Positions 45,594 to 56,382 of a stretch of 64,000 nucleotides of DNA are shown in pieces. Location of the stretch: IMG/VR virus record IMGVR_UViG_3300021365_000014, positions 2,379 through 66,378 of that record. One strand, given 5' to 3'. Under the pieces are notes generated by a model. That model was not told where the DNA came from. It saw nothing but the letters and a program-made list of their open reading frames with translations, and did not search any database. The position numbers and the translations under genes are program-made. Origin of the DNA: a virus. Each line of letters opens with the position of its first letter. Positions within the stretch are counted from its first letter, which is position 1.

Positions 45594-47777
45594 TTATATT
45601 AGTCCCTCAAAATTCTGTTTTGCAAATTCTTTAGCATTATCGATTAGTTCTGATTTTTTGTCATTAATTTTTTTTTCAATATTTACACTGTCTTTGATCT
45701 CGGTTATGCTTTTTATGGAGGCGTTTGTCAACAACGGTACTGCACCCTCGCCCTGTTGGTTGTTGAACCTGCTACAGTGCAGTGTCTGTAGGAACTGTCC
45801 GTTGTCGAATTTGGTGTCTATCTTGTTGACCTGGTACAGTCCATTGAAGAACAGGTTCTCGTCCCTTACTTTGTCTATGCCGGAGAACATTGTTCCCTCT
45901 TTTTCATTTATGTCTGCAGGCAGACGATATCTCACGCTGATTATGGGTTGGAATCGGTCAGCGTTGAAACTGGCTGATGCTGTGTCGAATGATTCATCCT
46001 TGGCGCCGAATGACTTGCCGTCCTCTTGTATGGGCACGTACATGTCCTGGCAGATGTAGGTGGGATCTCCCAGTATCTCCAGTTCGATCCTCATCATGTC
46101 CACCTCAGGATTGGTAAGGTAATCATAGAACTGCTGGGCCTTGTTGGCCTCCCCTGACAGTGTCTTCACTGTGTTGGCACCCTTGATGGATGATGGATAT
46201 TGTCTCAGGGGCAACAGTGGTTCTGGATCACGCTCCCTGCCGAACACGTTCTTGAATGCTTCTGTCAGCGGTGCGAACAGTCCCTTCTCTGTGTCACTCT
46301 TGTCGTCACCCCTCAAATTCCTCAGGTAGTAAGCGGTCTTGTAGTTGATACGTAGACCCTGCACGTCAACGTTGTCGCCGGTGTAGATGTAGTCATATTC
46401 CTTGTGTACCTTGCGACCCCAGTCCACGTTGGCTATGCTGACCCCGGGACCAACGAACTTAAGGATGTGTATCTTGTAGGGTATGGCCTTGTATGTGATG
46501 GTCTTTGGATGCATCTTGGTTATGGGATCGATCTTGCTGGTGTCCGTGTACACAGTGGTCTTGATCTTGAACCAGTCTATGTACTGGTTGTTGAACAGTA
46601 TCTTCTCGAATTCCTTGCTCTTGATTATGGAGGCCACCTTCTCCTTGGTGAGGCTCTCCTTGGTGTAGTCGGTGTTGGACCTGATGTATGTGGTCCAGAA
46701 ATCGTTGGCCAACTCCTGATAATGGAATCCGGCCCTAATGGCATCCTCGAAGAACTTAGTGACTGCTATGCCCGAACTGGCCTGTGCAGACATGGTGTTC
46801 TGTCTAGGTGGGGGTGCATCAAAGTCTGAATTTAAACCAGAAAAGTCTTCTTGGTTTTGTGCTACCGATCCGGCGCTGTTAGTGGTGCCTGCTGTGTTCT
46901 TGTACTGTAATCCTTTTTTCTCAAGTTCACCGTCTATCTCGAACTTGTAGATGTCTGGATAATACCTCCGCTGTTCTTCGATCTCCTGTTTCATCTGATC
47001 GGACAAGGCACGTTCCGCGGCCGCGGCCCATTGATAAGGATCATTTCCTTCGATGGGCATAGCAGTACGTGGATACTTGAACCTGTCATCGAACGCAAGG
47101 TCGGTGTATGGCACCGCCATTATCTGATATCTGGCACCACCCTCGTTGACGTCGAAGTCCACCCTGCTGATCAGTATGGGTATCTTACGTGTGTGGCTCT
47201 TGTTGGTGCTGTGTTTGGCGTATGGTCTTCCCTGCTCATCGAACCCCTTGAACTCTATGGTCAGCAACATGGGTGCGTCTTGGTAGTCTAGGAAACCGTT
47301 GATCGCAGTCGCGGCCCTGACCTTCTCTATGAAAGTGATACCGTATGGTTCGTGTATCTCGAATTCCATCTTCGTAAAGTTTCCTAGGTTACGTTCCGCG
47401 TTGGGTCCAACCGTTGACACCATGTTGACGTTCTCTATGAACAGGTCATGTGCCCTGTCCAATATCTCTATGCTGTCTTGGTATTGCTCGTAGTATTTGG
47501 TTATTTCATCAGCCTTTATCAAAGTCCTAAAAAGTGCATTGTCCTGGGTGGTCCTAAAGTCCTTGTACTGTCTTGGTTGCACGTTGGCCTTACCTATGCC
47601 TCCGGTACGTGCCACTATGTCATGCACAGGGTTGGTCAGGAACTTGGCTGTCCGGATCTCCTGCTCCGTGATGCCACTCAGTGTGAATATGGTGTTGAAC
47701 GATGCGTACTGGTGAAGCACGTTGGGTTTCAAGAAAGGTTTGCTGGCAGAACCTGATGTGGTGTATTTCTCCGCCAT
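45594..47777 (-). CDS. baseplate hub protein (gp27/late-control D-like position)
   Basis: Lies between LysM/gp53-like and gp5-like genes; C-terminal LEILGDP and GLYQV..I...F..GQF.QTL. Confidence 0.6.
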   Translation of the reverse strand: MAEKYTTSGSASKPFLKPNVLHQYASFNTIFTLSGITEQEIRTAKFLTNPVHDIVARTGGIGKANVQPRQYKDFRTTQDNALFRTLIKADEITKYYEQYQDSIEILDRAHDLFIENVNMVSTVGPNAERNLGNFTKMEFEIHEPYGITFIEKVRAATAINGFLDYQDAPMLLTIEFKGFDEQGRPYAKHSTNKSHTRKIPILISRVDFDVNEGGARYQIMAVPYTDLAFDDRFKYPRTAMPIEGNDPYQWAAAAERALSDQMKQEIEEQRRYYPDIYKFEIDGELEKKGLQYKNTAGTTNSAGSVAQNQEDFSGLNSDFDAPPPRQNTMSAQASSGIAVTKFFEDAIRAGFHYQELANDFWTTYIRSNTDYTKESLTKEKVASIIKSKEFEKILFNNQYIDWFKIKTTVYTDTSKIDPITKMHPKTITYKAIPYKIHILKFVGPGVSIANVDWGRKVHKEYDYIYTGDNVDVQGLRINYKTAYYLRNLRGDDKSDTEKGLFAPLTEAFKNVFGRERDPEPLLPLRQYPSSIKGANTVKTLSGEANKAQQFYDYLTNPEVDMMRIELEILGDPTYICQDMYVPIQEDGKSFGAKDESFDTASASFNADRFQPIISVRYRLPADINEKEGTMFSGIDKVRDENLFFNGLYQVNKIDTKFDNGQFLQTLHCSRFNNQQGEGAVPLLTNASIKSITEIKDSVNIEKKINDKKSELIDNAKEFAKQNFEGLI

Positions 47778-47778
47778 G

Positions 47779-48078
47779 TTATATTCCTAGGTCTGAGTTG
47801 ACGTTGCTGGGTTTAGGCAACTGTATGGTCACTCCTGGTTTGAAGTCGTATATTGGATCCTCTATCTGGTCTGGGTTACGCTGTGCGAACACCCACCAAA
47901 GCCTCGGTGAGCCATAAAGGTCATAGGCCAACAGGTCTGGCCTGTATGCGTAGGTCCTCTCAATGGTGTAACTCTGATCGTCATCCTCCGCCGTGATAGT
48001 CCTGGGCACGAATGTTTCCAGGTTCACATCATTCTGTGGTGTCGAGAAGTAAGGTGATGTTGAAGAATACTTTGCCAT
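47779..48078 (-). CDS. gp53: baseplate wedge protein (gp53/LysM-like)
   Basis: YRPDLLAYDLYGSPRLWWVFA.RN. Confidence 0.8.
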   Translation of the reverse strand: MAKYSSTSPYFSTPQNDVNLETFVPRTITAEDDDQSYTIERTYAYRPDLLAYDLYGSPRLWWVFAQRNPDQIEDPIYDFKPGVTIQLPKPSNVNSDLGI

Positions 48079-48899
48079 TAGATGAATCCTATCTCGTCTG
48101 TGCCTTTACCGTTCAATTCGCCACGTGCGAATTGTGACAGTGAGAAGTTCTTGATTGATTCCCTGCTGTAGATTGGTGTAACCAGCACTGATATGTTTGA
48201 CAGTGTGGGTGCCCAGGTCTGTGATTCTGCGTTGATATCAAAACCTACGTCAGGGCCATTTGATTGCCTGTAAGGTGAATTTGATTGTTTGGTTGAGATG
48301 TAGTCGATGCCCGGTCTGAGTTCCACGTTGAACGTGTTCACTATCACTGGTACCTTGCTGAACATGTGATCACCATAACCTGACATGTGCATGATCGGTG
48401 GTGGATTGCCTTTCAACGCCTGTTCCTTGCCAAAGTACATTTTGGTTATGGTCCTCAGGAAGTTCACGGTTGCCACCCAGTGCTTGGCGTCATCTGAATT
48501 CTGCACGGGGAACTCTCCGATTATGTTCATGGAGTCCACTTGTGAGTTCTGGTATGCCTGGAACGGGTAGTTGCTGTGTGTCTGTGCCAGGGGGTTGTAG
48601 TTGGCCGAATGCTGTATCACCACCGCTGGTGTCAATGGCCAGAATATGCCACGTGAAGGCACCAGTGGCGCCAATAATTCGTTGTTGGCCAGTATGGAGT
48701 CGTAGACCGCGTCTGCACCGTTTGGTATCTGCAGTCTCACACGCCAGTCTGTTTTGTCCGAACGTCCGGACCATTTGGCCCTGGACTGCACTATCCTGGA
48801 ATCCGTGGAAATACCAGCACCCGTGAGCCTGCCCAGGGTCTTGTTGAATATGCCCCCTCCCACGTTCTTGACTATCTTGCCTATGTCTCCAAATGCCAT
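48078..48899 (-). CDS. baseplate tail-tube initiator/cap-like protein (gp48/gp54-like)
   Basis: TP...HSANY....THSNY, GNPPP....GYG...F..VPV.V..F; first gene of the baseplate operon. Confidence 0.6.
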   Translation of the reverse strand: MAFGDIGKIVKNVGGGIFNKTLGRLTGAGISTDSRIVQSRAKWSGRSDKTDWRVRLQIPNGADAVYDSILANNELLAPLVPSRGIFWPLTPAVVIQHSANYNPLAQTHSNYPFQAYQNSQVDSMNIIGEFPVQNSDDAKHWVATVNFLRTITKMYFGKEQALKGNPPPIMHMSGYGDHMFSKVPVIVNTFNVELRPGIDYISTKQSNSPYRQSNGPDVGFDINAESQTWAPTLSNISVLVTPIYSRESIKNFSLSQFARGELNGKGTDEIGFI

Positions 48900-48906
48900 T
48901 ATATGG

Positions 48907-48935
48907 TTGCTTTCCTTTGTAAAATTTCGTATACT
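48907..48935 (+). promoter_or_regulatory. sigma70-like promoter for the late sigma factor gene
   Basis: TTGCTT-17 nt-TATACT upstream of ATG 49018. Confidence 0.55.
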
Positions 48936-48942
48936 TTAACTA

Positions 48943-48950
48943 TATTTATA
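48943..48950 (-). promoter_or_regulatory. T4-type late promoter TATAAATA
   Basis: Exact motif on the minus strand ~45 nt upstream of the baseplate operon start (48899). Confidence 0.8.
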
Positions 48951-49017
48951 GGCATTATTTTAGGCGCACTTAATTCACCATACGACACGAATCAACACAA
49001 TATAAAGAGAACAAATT

Positions 49018-50001
49018 ATGAAGAGAGTCAAGTACCTAAACAACCGAGATCTACTGGCACAGATACACGCCAGCAAAAACACCTACTGCTCATACGTCGC
49101 ACCCGAGGACGCACAGTATGACCTCATAGTGCCCAACCTAAAGAAGGTCAACGCCAGTGCGGTGGCGCAGGCACGTAAGGCCAAGGCCAAGCGTTTGACA
49201 CAGGAAGCGTGGGAAGAGGCCAAAGCGGCGGGACTTAAAAAGATAAAATTAGTGGACTACACTGTCAGTCCTAGGAAAATTGAAAAAACGGATCTGGTGT
49301 TCAGGGTCATGATGTTTGATCACGTGCCCATGGACGACGAGAGAAAGAAGAATCCCAAGACCACGGCGGATCATCACAGCAAGGTGAACTTCCCTCCGTT
49401 CCAGCACTACAAGTTTGACAAAAACGGCAAACTGGTGTGCGTGGGCAAAAGCCACTGGGTGGGCGGAATGAGCAACGGTCATTTCTCTGCCGACCATGGC
49501 AAGATGACCAACCAACTGGCCATGATGTACATGAAACTTTGTGAGAGATATGGTACCAGGGCCAACTGGAGAGGATACACCTACAATGACGAGATGCAAT
49601 CACAGGCGTTGATGCAATTGAGTCAGATAGGACTACAGTTTGACGAATCAAAGTCCGACAACCCATTCGCATACTACACGGCCGCAATCACAAACAGTTT
49701 CACGAGGATACTGAACATTGAGAAAAAGAACCAAGCGATCAGGGACGACCTGTTGGAGTTCAACGGCATGATGCCCAGTTTCACGAGACAGAATGAGAAT
49801 GAGACCGCAGGACCGTCATACCAGAAGAGAATGAAGACCGCACACGGTGATGTGCATGAGGTCAACAAGACCACCTTAAAGAAGTTAAACAAGACTTTAA
49901 AGAAAAAAGGCAAACTGGACTCTGATGATTTTGACGACGTGCAATTCAAAAACAAGATAGACATGACCAATCATAAACCCGTAGTCAAGAAGAAATGGTA
50001 A
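49018..50001 (+). CDS. gp55: late-transcription sigma factor (T4 gp55-like)
   Basis: YLNNRDLL, NWRGYTYNDEM, FDE.KS.NPFAYYT....NSF.R.L..EKK; adjacent to gp47/gp46 as in T4-like phages. Confidence 0.8.
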   Translation: MKRVKYLNNRDLLAQIHASKNTYCSYVAPEDAQYDLIVPNLKKVNASAVAQARKAKAKRLTQEAWEEAKAAGLKKIKLVDYTVSPRKIEKTDLVFRVMMFDHVPMDDERKKNPKTTADHHSKVNFPPFQHYKFDKNGKLVCVGKSHWVGGMSNGHFSADHGKMTNQLAMMYMKLCERYGTRANWRGYTYNDEMQSQALMQLSQIGLQFDESKSDNPFAYYTAAITNSFTRILNIEKKNQAIRDDLLEFNGMMPSFTRQNENETAGPSYQKRMKTAHGDVHEVNKTTLKKLNKTLKKKGKLDSDDFDDVQFKNKIDMTNHKPVVKKKW

Positions 50002-50005
50002 AAAT

Positions 50006-51025
50006 ATGTTTTTCAAAAAGGTAGCCTGTTTCACGGACATACACTTCGGACTCAAAGGCAACAGTCGTATACACAACGATGACTGTGAGGAGTTCGTCAA
50101 GTGGTTCATAGCACAGGCAAAGGCAGAAGGTTGTGAGACTTGCATATTCCTTGGCGACTGGCACCATCACAGATCAGCAACAAACGTTTCCACGATGAAC
50201 TACACAGTTTCCAACATGGAGAGACTGGGTGCGGCATTCGAGAAAGTGTACGTGATAATGGGCAATCATGACCTGTACTACAGAGACAAGAGAGAAATCA
50301 ATTCCATGGAGTACATCAGGAACATTCCAAACATACACATTGTCAACGAATGGCTAGTGGAGGATGATGTTGCCATACTTCCATGGATCGTGGAAGACGA
50401 ATGGAAGAAGATCGAAAAGATGAAACAGAAATACGTGTTCGGACACTTCGAACTGCCGTACTTCAAGATGAACGCCATGGTAGAGATGCCTGACGTGGGC
50501 GGAATACAAACTGATCACTTCGCAGGATGTGGCAAGGTGTTCTCAGGACACTTCCACAAGAGGCAGTACATGAAGAATGTCACATACATGGGCAACGCCT
50601 TCCCACACAACTACGCAGATGCCTGGGATGACGACAGGGGCATGATGATACTGGAATACGGAGGGGAACCTAAGTTCGTCAACTGGCCAGACATGCCAAG
50701 GTACATCACGATAAAAGTTTCAGAACTATTGGAAGATCCAGACAAGTATCTCAAACCAAAGATGTATGTGAGGGTCACACTTGATATAAAAATTTCATAC
50801 GAGGAAGCAAACTTCGTGAGGGAAACATTCATAGACAAGTATCAACTGAGGGAACTACAACTGATCCCGGAACAGGTGGACAACGCACAGCAACCATTGG
50901 TGGAAGTGCAGAAGTTTGACAGCGTGGATCAGATCGTAATCAAACAGTTACAGGGTGTGGACTCAGAAGTCTATGACAAAAACGTACTAACAGCAATTTA
51001 CAACGACCTGGATGTTACAAGTTAG
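50006..51025 (+). CDS. gp47: recombination endonuclease subunit (Mre11/SbcD, gp47)
   Basis: DIHFG, GDWHH, GNHD, GHFE, SGHFH metallophosphoesterase motifs. Confidence 0.93.
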   Translation: MFFKKVACFTDIHFGLKGNSRIHNDDCEEFVKWFIAQAKAEGCETCIFLGDWHHHRSATNVSTMNYTVSNMERLGAAFEKVYVIMGNHDLYYRDKREINSMEYIRNIPNIHIVNEWLVEDDVAILPWIVEDEWKKIEKMKQKYVFGHFELPYFKMNAMVEMPDVGGIQTDHFAGCGKVFSGHFHKRQYMKNVTYMGNAFPHNYADAWDDDRGMMILEYGGEPKFVNWPDMPRYITIKVSELLEDPDKYLKPKMYVRVTLDIKISYEEANFVRETFIDKYQLRELQLIPEQVDNAQQPLVEVQKFDSVDQIVIKQLQGVDSEVYDKNVLTAIYNDLDVTS

Positions 51026-51755
51026 CAATATAAAAATAAAACTGATGGACAATGCACTGGCAAGGAAATGGCTGGAACTTTATCAGAGCCTCGATATCGC
51101 TCCAGATCAAATAATACACAACACCGGGATCAGCGACGGCGACTTTGCCAACAAAATAAAAGAAGCAAATAGACTATTTGGTTTTGATTGGCCCACCAAT
51201 CCAAGCACTCAAGCAGATTACAACATGATGCACAAGGACATAGAAACTGCACCAAAAGACAAGGCTGACCTTTTGCAAAGTATACACAACGACCTGCACG
51301 TCAAGGAATCCCATGGCAGTGAAGCAAGTCACATCCAAATTGTGTGGTCCGAGAGCCTTGGACAGTTTTATAAAAAGAAGCCAATATCGATCGATATGCC
51401 AGACGACGCAGAATCCTTCAAAAAGTCAATCAACCATGGCGACGTGTATCTAGGATATCCACATGTTGGAAAATCACCGGAAGTGTGCATGTTGCAGAAT
51501 GACATCAGTGACTTGCCGCAGACCTGCAGGATACACAATAAAATTGTTTGTGACGTTTTGATAAGCCTTAGCAATCAAACCTGTAACACCGATGATGACC
51601 TTCTTTCGTGGTATGAAGAAAATAAAATCACTATGTTTACCAAGGAAGAGATGTTAAAATATAATGGCTGGGCCAAAATTGGAGAAGTTGTAAACAAAGA
51701 CGATTTGCAAAGCATAGATAAGGAAAATTTAAAAATAAGTTATGCCAACGATTAG
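51012..51755 (+). CDS. hypothetical protein
   Basis: 247-aa ORF inserted between gp47 and gp46; GDVYLGYPHVGKSP. Confidence 0.7.
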   Translation: MLQVSNIKIKLMDNALARKWLELYQSLDIAPDQIIHNTGISDGDFANKIKEANRLFGFDWPTNPSTQADYNMMHKDIETAPKDKADLLQSIHNDLHVKESHGSEASHIQIVWSESLGQFYKKKPISIDMPDDAESFKKSINHGDVYLGYPHVGKSPEVCMLQNDISDLPQTCRIHNKIVCDVLISLSNQTCNTDDDLLSWYEENKITMFTKEEMLKYNGWAKIGEVVNKDDLQSIDKENLKISYAND

Positions 51756-51975
51756 TAAAAAGAAATTGATAAAAGTTTTGAAAGGTGACTTCGAGGAACC
51801 TGTAACTAAACAATCACTTTTGGACCAACTTGCAAAACCTGTAACACAGGAGGAGTGGTTGAAAGGATATAAGAGATGGGTTGAACAACACACACTTTCA
51901 ACTCCTCCGGAAGTTTATGAGGCAATAGAGAACGTAGGCAAAAAGAAACGTAGGAAAAAGAATGTTAACGATTAA
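51742..51975 (+). CDS. hypothetical protein
   Basis: 77-aa ORF overlapping both neighbours by 14 nt. Confidence 0.6.
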   Translation: MPTISKKKLIKVLKGDFEEPVTKQSLLDQLAKPVTQEEWLKGYKRWVEQHTLSTPPEVYEAIENVGKKKRRKKNVND

Positions 51976-53737
51976 GGAAATAACAGTCAAGAACTTCATG
52001 AGTGTGGGCAACCAGGCCCAAGCCATAGACTTCTCCAATAAAAGCCTAGTGCTTGTTATCGGTGAGAACATGGACCTAGGTGGTGATGACGCGGGTGCCA
52101 GGAACGGTACCGGTAAGACTACTATCATCAATGCATTGAGTTATGTGTTTTTTGGCGAAGCACTAACAAACATTAGAAGAGACAACCTTGTAAACAAGAC
52201 CAACGAGAAAGGCATGTTGGTCAGTGTTAAGTTTGTGAAAAACGGAATAACCTACACAATCGAGAGAGGACGTAAACCGCAGATATTTAGATTCTATGCC
52301 AATGACATAGAACAAAAAACAGAGAGCAACGAAGCACAAGGTGAAAACAGAGAAACACAAGTGGAAATAAACAAACTGATGGGTATGACCCATTCCATGT
52401 TCAAGAACATAATTGCACTTAACACGTACACACAACCGTTCCTTTCCACCAAACAGGCAGAACAGAGAGAAATAATAGAACAACTGCTGGGTATAACACT
52501 ACTCTCACAGAAAGCAGACCTGTTGAAAGAAAAACAAAAGGCAACAAAACAAATGCTCACGGAAGAGAAGATGCGTATAGACGCTAAAGTTGCCTCGAAT
52601 GAAAAGATACAGGAGTCGATAGAAAGTTTGAAAATAAGATCAAACGCTTGGGTAAGTCAGAAAGATGAAGACATAAAAAGTTTCAAAGAAGCGATTGCAG
52701 AACTGGAAAAAGTGGACAGTGAAATCGAGATAGAGAAACACAAGAAACTACAGAAGAGGAATGAACTACAGACCATGCTGAGGAGCCTCGAGAAGGAGAA
52801 AGCGTATCATGAGGATTCCCTGACAAAAGCGGAAAGCACTGTGACAAAGACAAATACAGATCTCGAATACGCGGAACAACAGAAATGTCCAACGTGCGAA
52901 CAGGAACTGCACGACGACAAGCACACGCACCTCGTGGACAGACTCAAAGTGCAACTGACAGAATCCACTGACTACGTGACGAAACTGAAATCAGATCTTG
53001 CGAAAATACAAGAAGGCATAGATGAGGTGGGAGATCTCGGACAGGTACCTGAGACGTATTATGACACCATAGACGAGGCGTACAATCACAAGGGCTCGTT
53101 ACAGGACCTAAAGAGACAGTTGGAACAGACAGAGAAAAAAGAAGACACTTACGCAGAACAGATAGCAGAGATGACCAAGTCCGCGATACAGGAAGTGGAC
53201 TACGAGAAGGCCAACGAGCTGGAGGACCTGCACAGGCACCAGGAGTTCTTGTACAAATTGCTGACAGCGAAAGACTCGTTCATAAGGACAAGAATCATAG
53301 AACAGAACTTGACATACCTGAACCAACGATTGGCATACTTCCTGGGTAAGGTAAAACTACCACACACAGTCACTTTCCAATCAGACCTAAGTGTGCGTAT
53401 CGAGGAACTGGGCAGGGAACTGGACTTCGATAATTTAAGTAGGGGCGAAAGAAACAGATTGATCCTGAGTCTGAGTTGGGCATTCAGAGATGTGTGGGAG
53501 AGCCTTTATCAACAGATCAACTTGCTGTTCATTGACGAGCTTGTAGACGCAGGCATGGATATATCCGGTGTTGAGAGTTCAATGGCGGTGTTGAAGGACA
53601 TGAGCAGGACACAGAAGAAAAACATATTTTTGATATCCCACAAGGACGAATTAGTGAGTAGGGTGAACAGTGTGCTGAAAGTTGTAAAAGAGAATGGCTT
53701 CACAAATTATGCAAACGACGTTGATATCATCGTATAA
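51962..53737 (+). CDS. gp46: recombination ATPase subunit (Rad50/SbcC, gp46)
   Basis: KNFMS, Walker A NGTGKTT, CPTC zinc hook, LSRGE signature, LLFIDE Walker B, ISH. Confidence 0.95.
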   Translation: MLTIKEITVKNFMSVGNQAQAIDFSNKSLVLVIGENMDLGGDDAGARNGTGKTTIINALSYVFFGEALTNIRRDNLVNKTNEKGMLVSVKFVKNGITYTIERGRKPQIFRFYANDIEQKTESNEAQGENRETQVEINKLMGMTHSMFKNIIALNTYTQPFLSTKQAEQREIIEQLLGITLLSQKADLLKEKQKATKQMLTEEKMRIDAKVASNEKIQESIESLKIRSNAWVSQKDEDIKSFKEAIAELEKVDSEIEIEKHKKLQKRNELQTMLRSLEKEKAYHEDSLTKAESTVTKTNTDLEYAEQQKCPTCEQELHDDKHTHLVDRLKVQLTESTDYVTKLKSDLAKIQEGIDEVGDLGQVPETYYDTIDEAYNHKGSLQDLKRQLEQTEKKEDTYAEQIAEMTKSAIQEVDYEKANELEDLHRHQEFLYKLLTAKDSFIRTRIIEQNLTYLNQRLAYFLGKVKLPHTVTFQSDLSVRIEELGRELDFDNLSRGERNRLILSLSWAFRDVWESLYQQINLLFIDELVDAGMDISGVESSMAVLKDMSRTQKKNIFLISHKDELVSRVNSVLKVVKENGFTNYANDVDIIV

Positions 53738-53746
53738 TTATACATT

Positions 53747-55087
53747 ATGTCATCGCCCTTAAAAGTAGTTATTACCACTATACCTTTTATTGACTGGAAT
53801 ACCCCGATAAGTTCTCCAGCGTACCTCAGTGCCCTACTAAACAATCACGGCGTGGATTGTGTTGGTCTTGATCTTAACATAGAAATATACAACAAAATAA
53901 AAAATGATCCACTAAGAAATCTCTATCTGGATTTCTTTTACCATCAAAAAATAGATGCAAAAATTTACAAGTCGTTGTCAGACATGCTGTATCATTATGC
54001 GAAAAAAATATTGGAACACCGACCAACACACATAGGTTTGAGTCTTTTCACCCATGACAGCCAAGTGTTTACTGTATGGCTGTGTCACTTGTTACAAAAG
54101 ATCGCTCCCAAAATTAAAATCATAATCGGAGGACCCGGCCTGTACACACTGTCACAGAAAAAGAACGTCAGTTTTCCCGAAAGCCTCAGATCCTCAGGTT
54201 TAATAGATCACTTCATCGTTGGCGATGTCACTAGCAATCTAATCGCCTATTTCAAGGAGGGTATCAAAGAATCTAATATGAATGTAGTTGCACAACAGGA
54301 TCTAGAATTTCATAACATCGTTACCCCAAATTATGACCACTATGATTTTTTCAACTACGAACACAAACGACTTCCAATCGTTGACAGCAGAGGATGTGTG
54401 CAGAAATGTGAGTTCTGCGACGTGATCGAATTTTGGAAGAAATTCCAATACCTGTCGGCACAAAATGTGTTTTCACAAATGCAGGAACTTATAGAAAAAT
54501 ACAACATATATCGTTTCGATTTTGCCAGCAGTATTTCAAACGGTAACCTAGTCGAATTTACGAAACTTATAAGGATGATTGCACAATATAACAGAGGCAA
54601 GGTCTTCAGTAAACAAATACACTGGAATGGAAATTTTATAATCAGGAAAAAAGGAAGGCACACGGACTTACTTTTCAATGACATAAAAGAGAGTAACGGA
54701 AGATTAATATGTGGCGTTGAAAGTCTAAGTTCTACCGCAAGAATAAAATTAGGCAAAAACTTTACCAACGAAGATCTCGATGATCACTTAGTGCAGTGTA
54801 AGGCACATGGCGTACAGATCGATCTGCTGATGATCGCGGCCTACCATACCGAGACACAAGAAGACTATGCAGATGCTTTACAGTGGTTCGAAACACACAA
54901 GAATTACGCAGGGTCTGTAATCACACGTGTCCAGATGACACTGTTGGGAATATTAGACGGTACAAAACTTTCACGTGATGTAGATCTAAAACGATTCAAC
55001 GATGGTCGTGAAGCCCGTGAGGTACACGCAAACAAACTTTATGAAAAGGCAAAACAATGTGGTTTCCACGTAGACAAATTTTGGTAG
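53747..55087 (+). CDS. cobalamin-binding-domain radical SAM protein
   Basis: N-terminal PAYL..L...G...DLN and IIIGGP; SRGCVQKCEFC; GVESLS. Confidence 0.85.
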   Translation: MSSPLKVVITTIPFIDWNTPISSPAYLSALLNNHGVDCVGLDLNIEIYNKIKNDPLRNLYLDFFYHQKIDAKIYKSLSDMLYHYAKKILEHRPTHIGLSLFTHDSQVFTVWLCHLLQKIAPKIKIIIGGPGLYTLSQKKNVSFPESLRSSGLIDHFIVGDVTSNLIAYFKEGIKESNMNVVAQQDLEFHNIVTPNYDHYDFFNYEHKRLPIVDSRGCVQKCEFCDVIEFWKKFQYLSAQNVFSQMQELIEKYNIYRFDFASSISNGNLVEFTKLIRMIAQYNRGKVFSKQIHWNGNFIIRKKGRHTDLLFNDIKESNGRLICGVESLSSTARIKLGKNFTNEDLDDHLVQCKAHGVQIDLLMIAAYHTETQEDYADALQWFETHKNYAGSVITRVQMTLLGILDGTKLSRDVDLKRFNDGREAREVHANKLYEKAKQCGFHVDKFW

Positions 55088-55497
55088 AGGTTTTCCTACA
55101 GCACTCAGGAAAATTTAAAAATAGTGATCCAAAGGTGTTTTGTAAATCGGGACTAGAATCGTTGGTAAGTTCTAACGCCGAAGGCAACCTACAAAGGTTA
55201 TCGATCGAGGTCGAAGCACCTGATCAATTTCTGATAGACGCCACCAACACAGAGTCCACCGAGTGCCATATATCCAAAGTGACCATGGACGGTATTGAAA
55301 TCAATACAGAAAACATGCAAAAAGTTTTTAAAATTGCTATCAATAAAAATAATTTGCCAGTATCATTTGATAACGTACAAAATTACCAAATAAAAGTCGG
55401 CGACAGATTGTCGAAACACTCTTATATGCTGTTTGACATATGGGCAAATGATTCTATAACTTATTTGCTATCAATTGGTAATAAAATAAATTGGTAA
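55057..55497 (+). CDS. hypothetical protein
   Basis: 146-aa ORF overlapping the end of the radical SAM gene. Confidence 0.55.
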   Translation: MWFPRRQILVEVFLQHSGKFKNSDPKVFCKSGLESLVSSNAEGNLQRLSIEVEAPDQFLIDATNTESTECHISKVTMDGIEINTENMQKVFKIAINKNNLPVSFDNVQNYQIKVGDRLSKHSYMLFDIWANDSITYLLSIGNKINW

Positions 55498-55551
55498 AGC
55501 GACTGTTTTTCCGAAGAGAATGGCGCCTAGAATACGCAAATTACGTAGAAA

Positions 55552-56382
55552 TCATGGTGTAATCTTACCTAATACGTTTCCTGTAGAATATAGTTGTTGT
55601 GCTTTATCCTTTACAACATAAAAGAACATAGACGGTTCAAGATCTAATTTGTTGCAAATTTTGGTCACTGTGTCATCGTATTTTTCCCAACCATAATCAC
55701 GCGGAATATTGTCAATCATGTATGAACCACAAGCAGTGGTCAGTTCGTTGTACTTTCGTTGGGAACTGATGAGAGTGCATGAGTCCATGCTTCTTTGCCT
55801 GGACCATCTCAACCCTATTCTGTTCCACGTCAAGTTGTACTTAGACATACTCATCGCGAATGATTTAATATTAGGATGATCAAAATCAAAGTTAAAACCT
55901 TTTGCGGCTACCATCCAAGCGGCGTCGATATGGATATCGATTTTTTTCTCTTCGCATTCTTTTAAGACATCTTGCCATTCTGGTCTATCTCCGTAATAAT
56001 AATTTGGCAATGATACTATCAAAGGTACCCCAGGTTTAAGTTGTCCCGGATTTGTTGGTTGTTTTCCCATCAAACGATAGTAAGCGTAATCTCTATCAAG
56101 CACTTGTATGTTCCACTTATTTTTACTTGCAAGACTTTCTATGAAGTGTGTGCAACCCATAATGATATCAACACAAGGAAAACTGTCCCAGCCATGTAGA
56201 TCATTTAATTTGGTTGACTTGAACCATTCGCTGGCCTTGGCAACAAAGTCATCGTGTGAGATGGATTTCTGTGGATTATCGTACCATTCCTGCTTAAGAC
56301 CGATTAGATGTTTGTCTTCTAAAGGCAATAATTTTTTATCGAGGTGTTCTAATTGCAAACTACCTATACCTGACATACACAC
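55552..56382 (-). CDS. PLP-dependent transferase-fold protein (truncated aminotransferase-like)
   Basis: VSLP, IHIDAAW, SMSKYN..RIG match the class I/II PLP-binding pattern (D-x-A, S-x-S-K, R-x-G). Confidence 0.65.
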   Translation of the reverse strand: MCMSGIGSLQLEHLDKKLLPLEDKHLIGLKQEWYDNPQKSISHDDFVAKASEWFKSTKLNDLHGWDSFPCVDIIMGCTHFIESLASKNKWNIQVLDRDYAYYRLMGKQPTNPGQLKPGVPLIVSLPNYYYGDRPEWQDVLKECEEKKIDIHIDAAWMVAAKGFNFDFDHPNIKSFAMSMSKYNLTWNRIGLRWSRQRSMDSCTLISSQRKYNELTTACGSYMIDNIPRDYGWEKYDDTVTKICNKLDLEPSMFFYVVKDKAQQLYSTGNVLGKITP

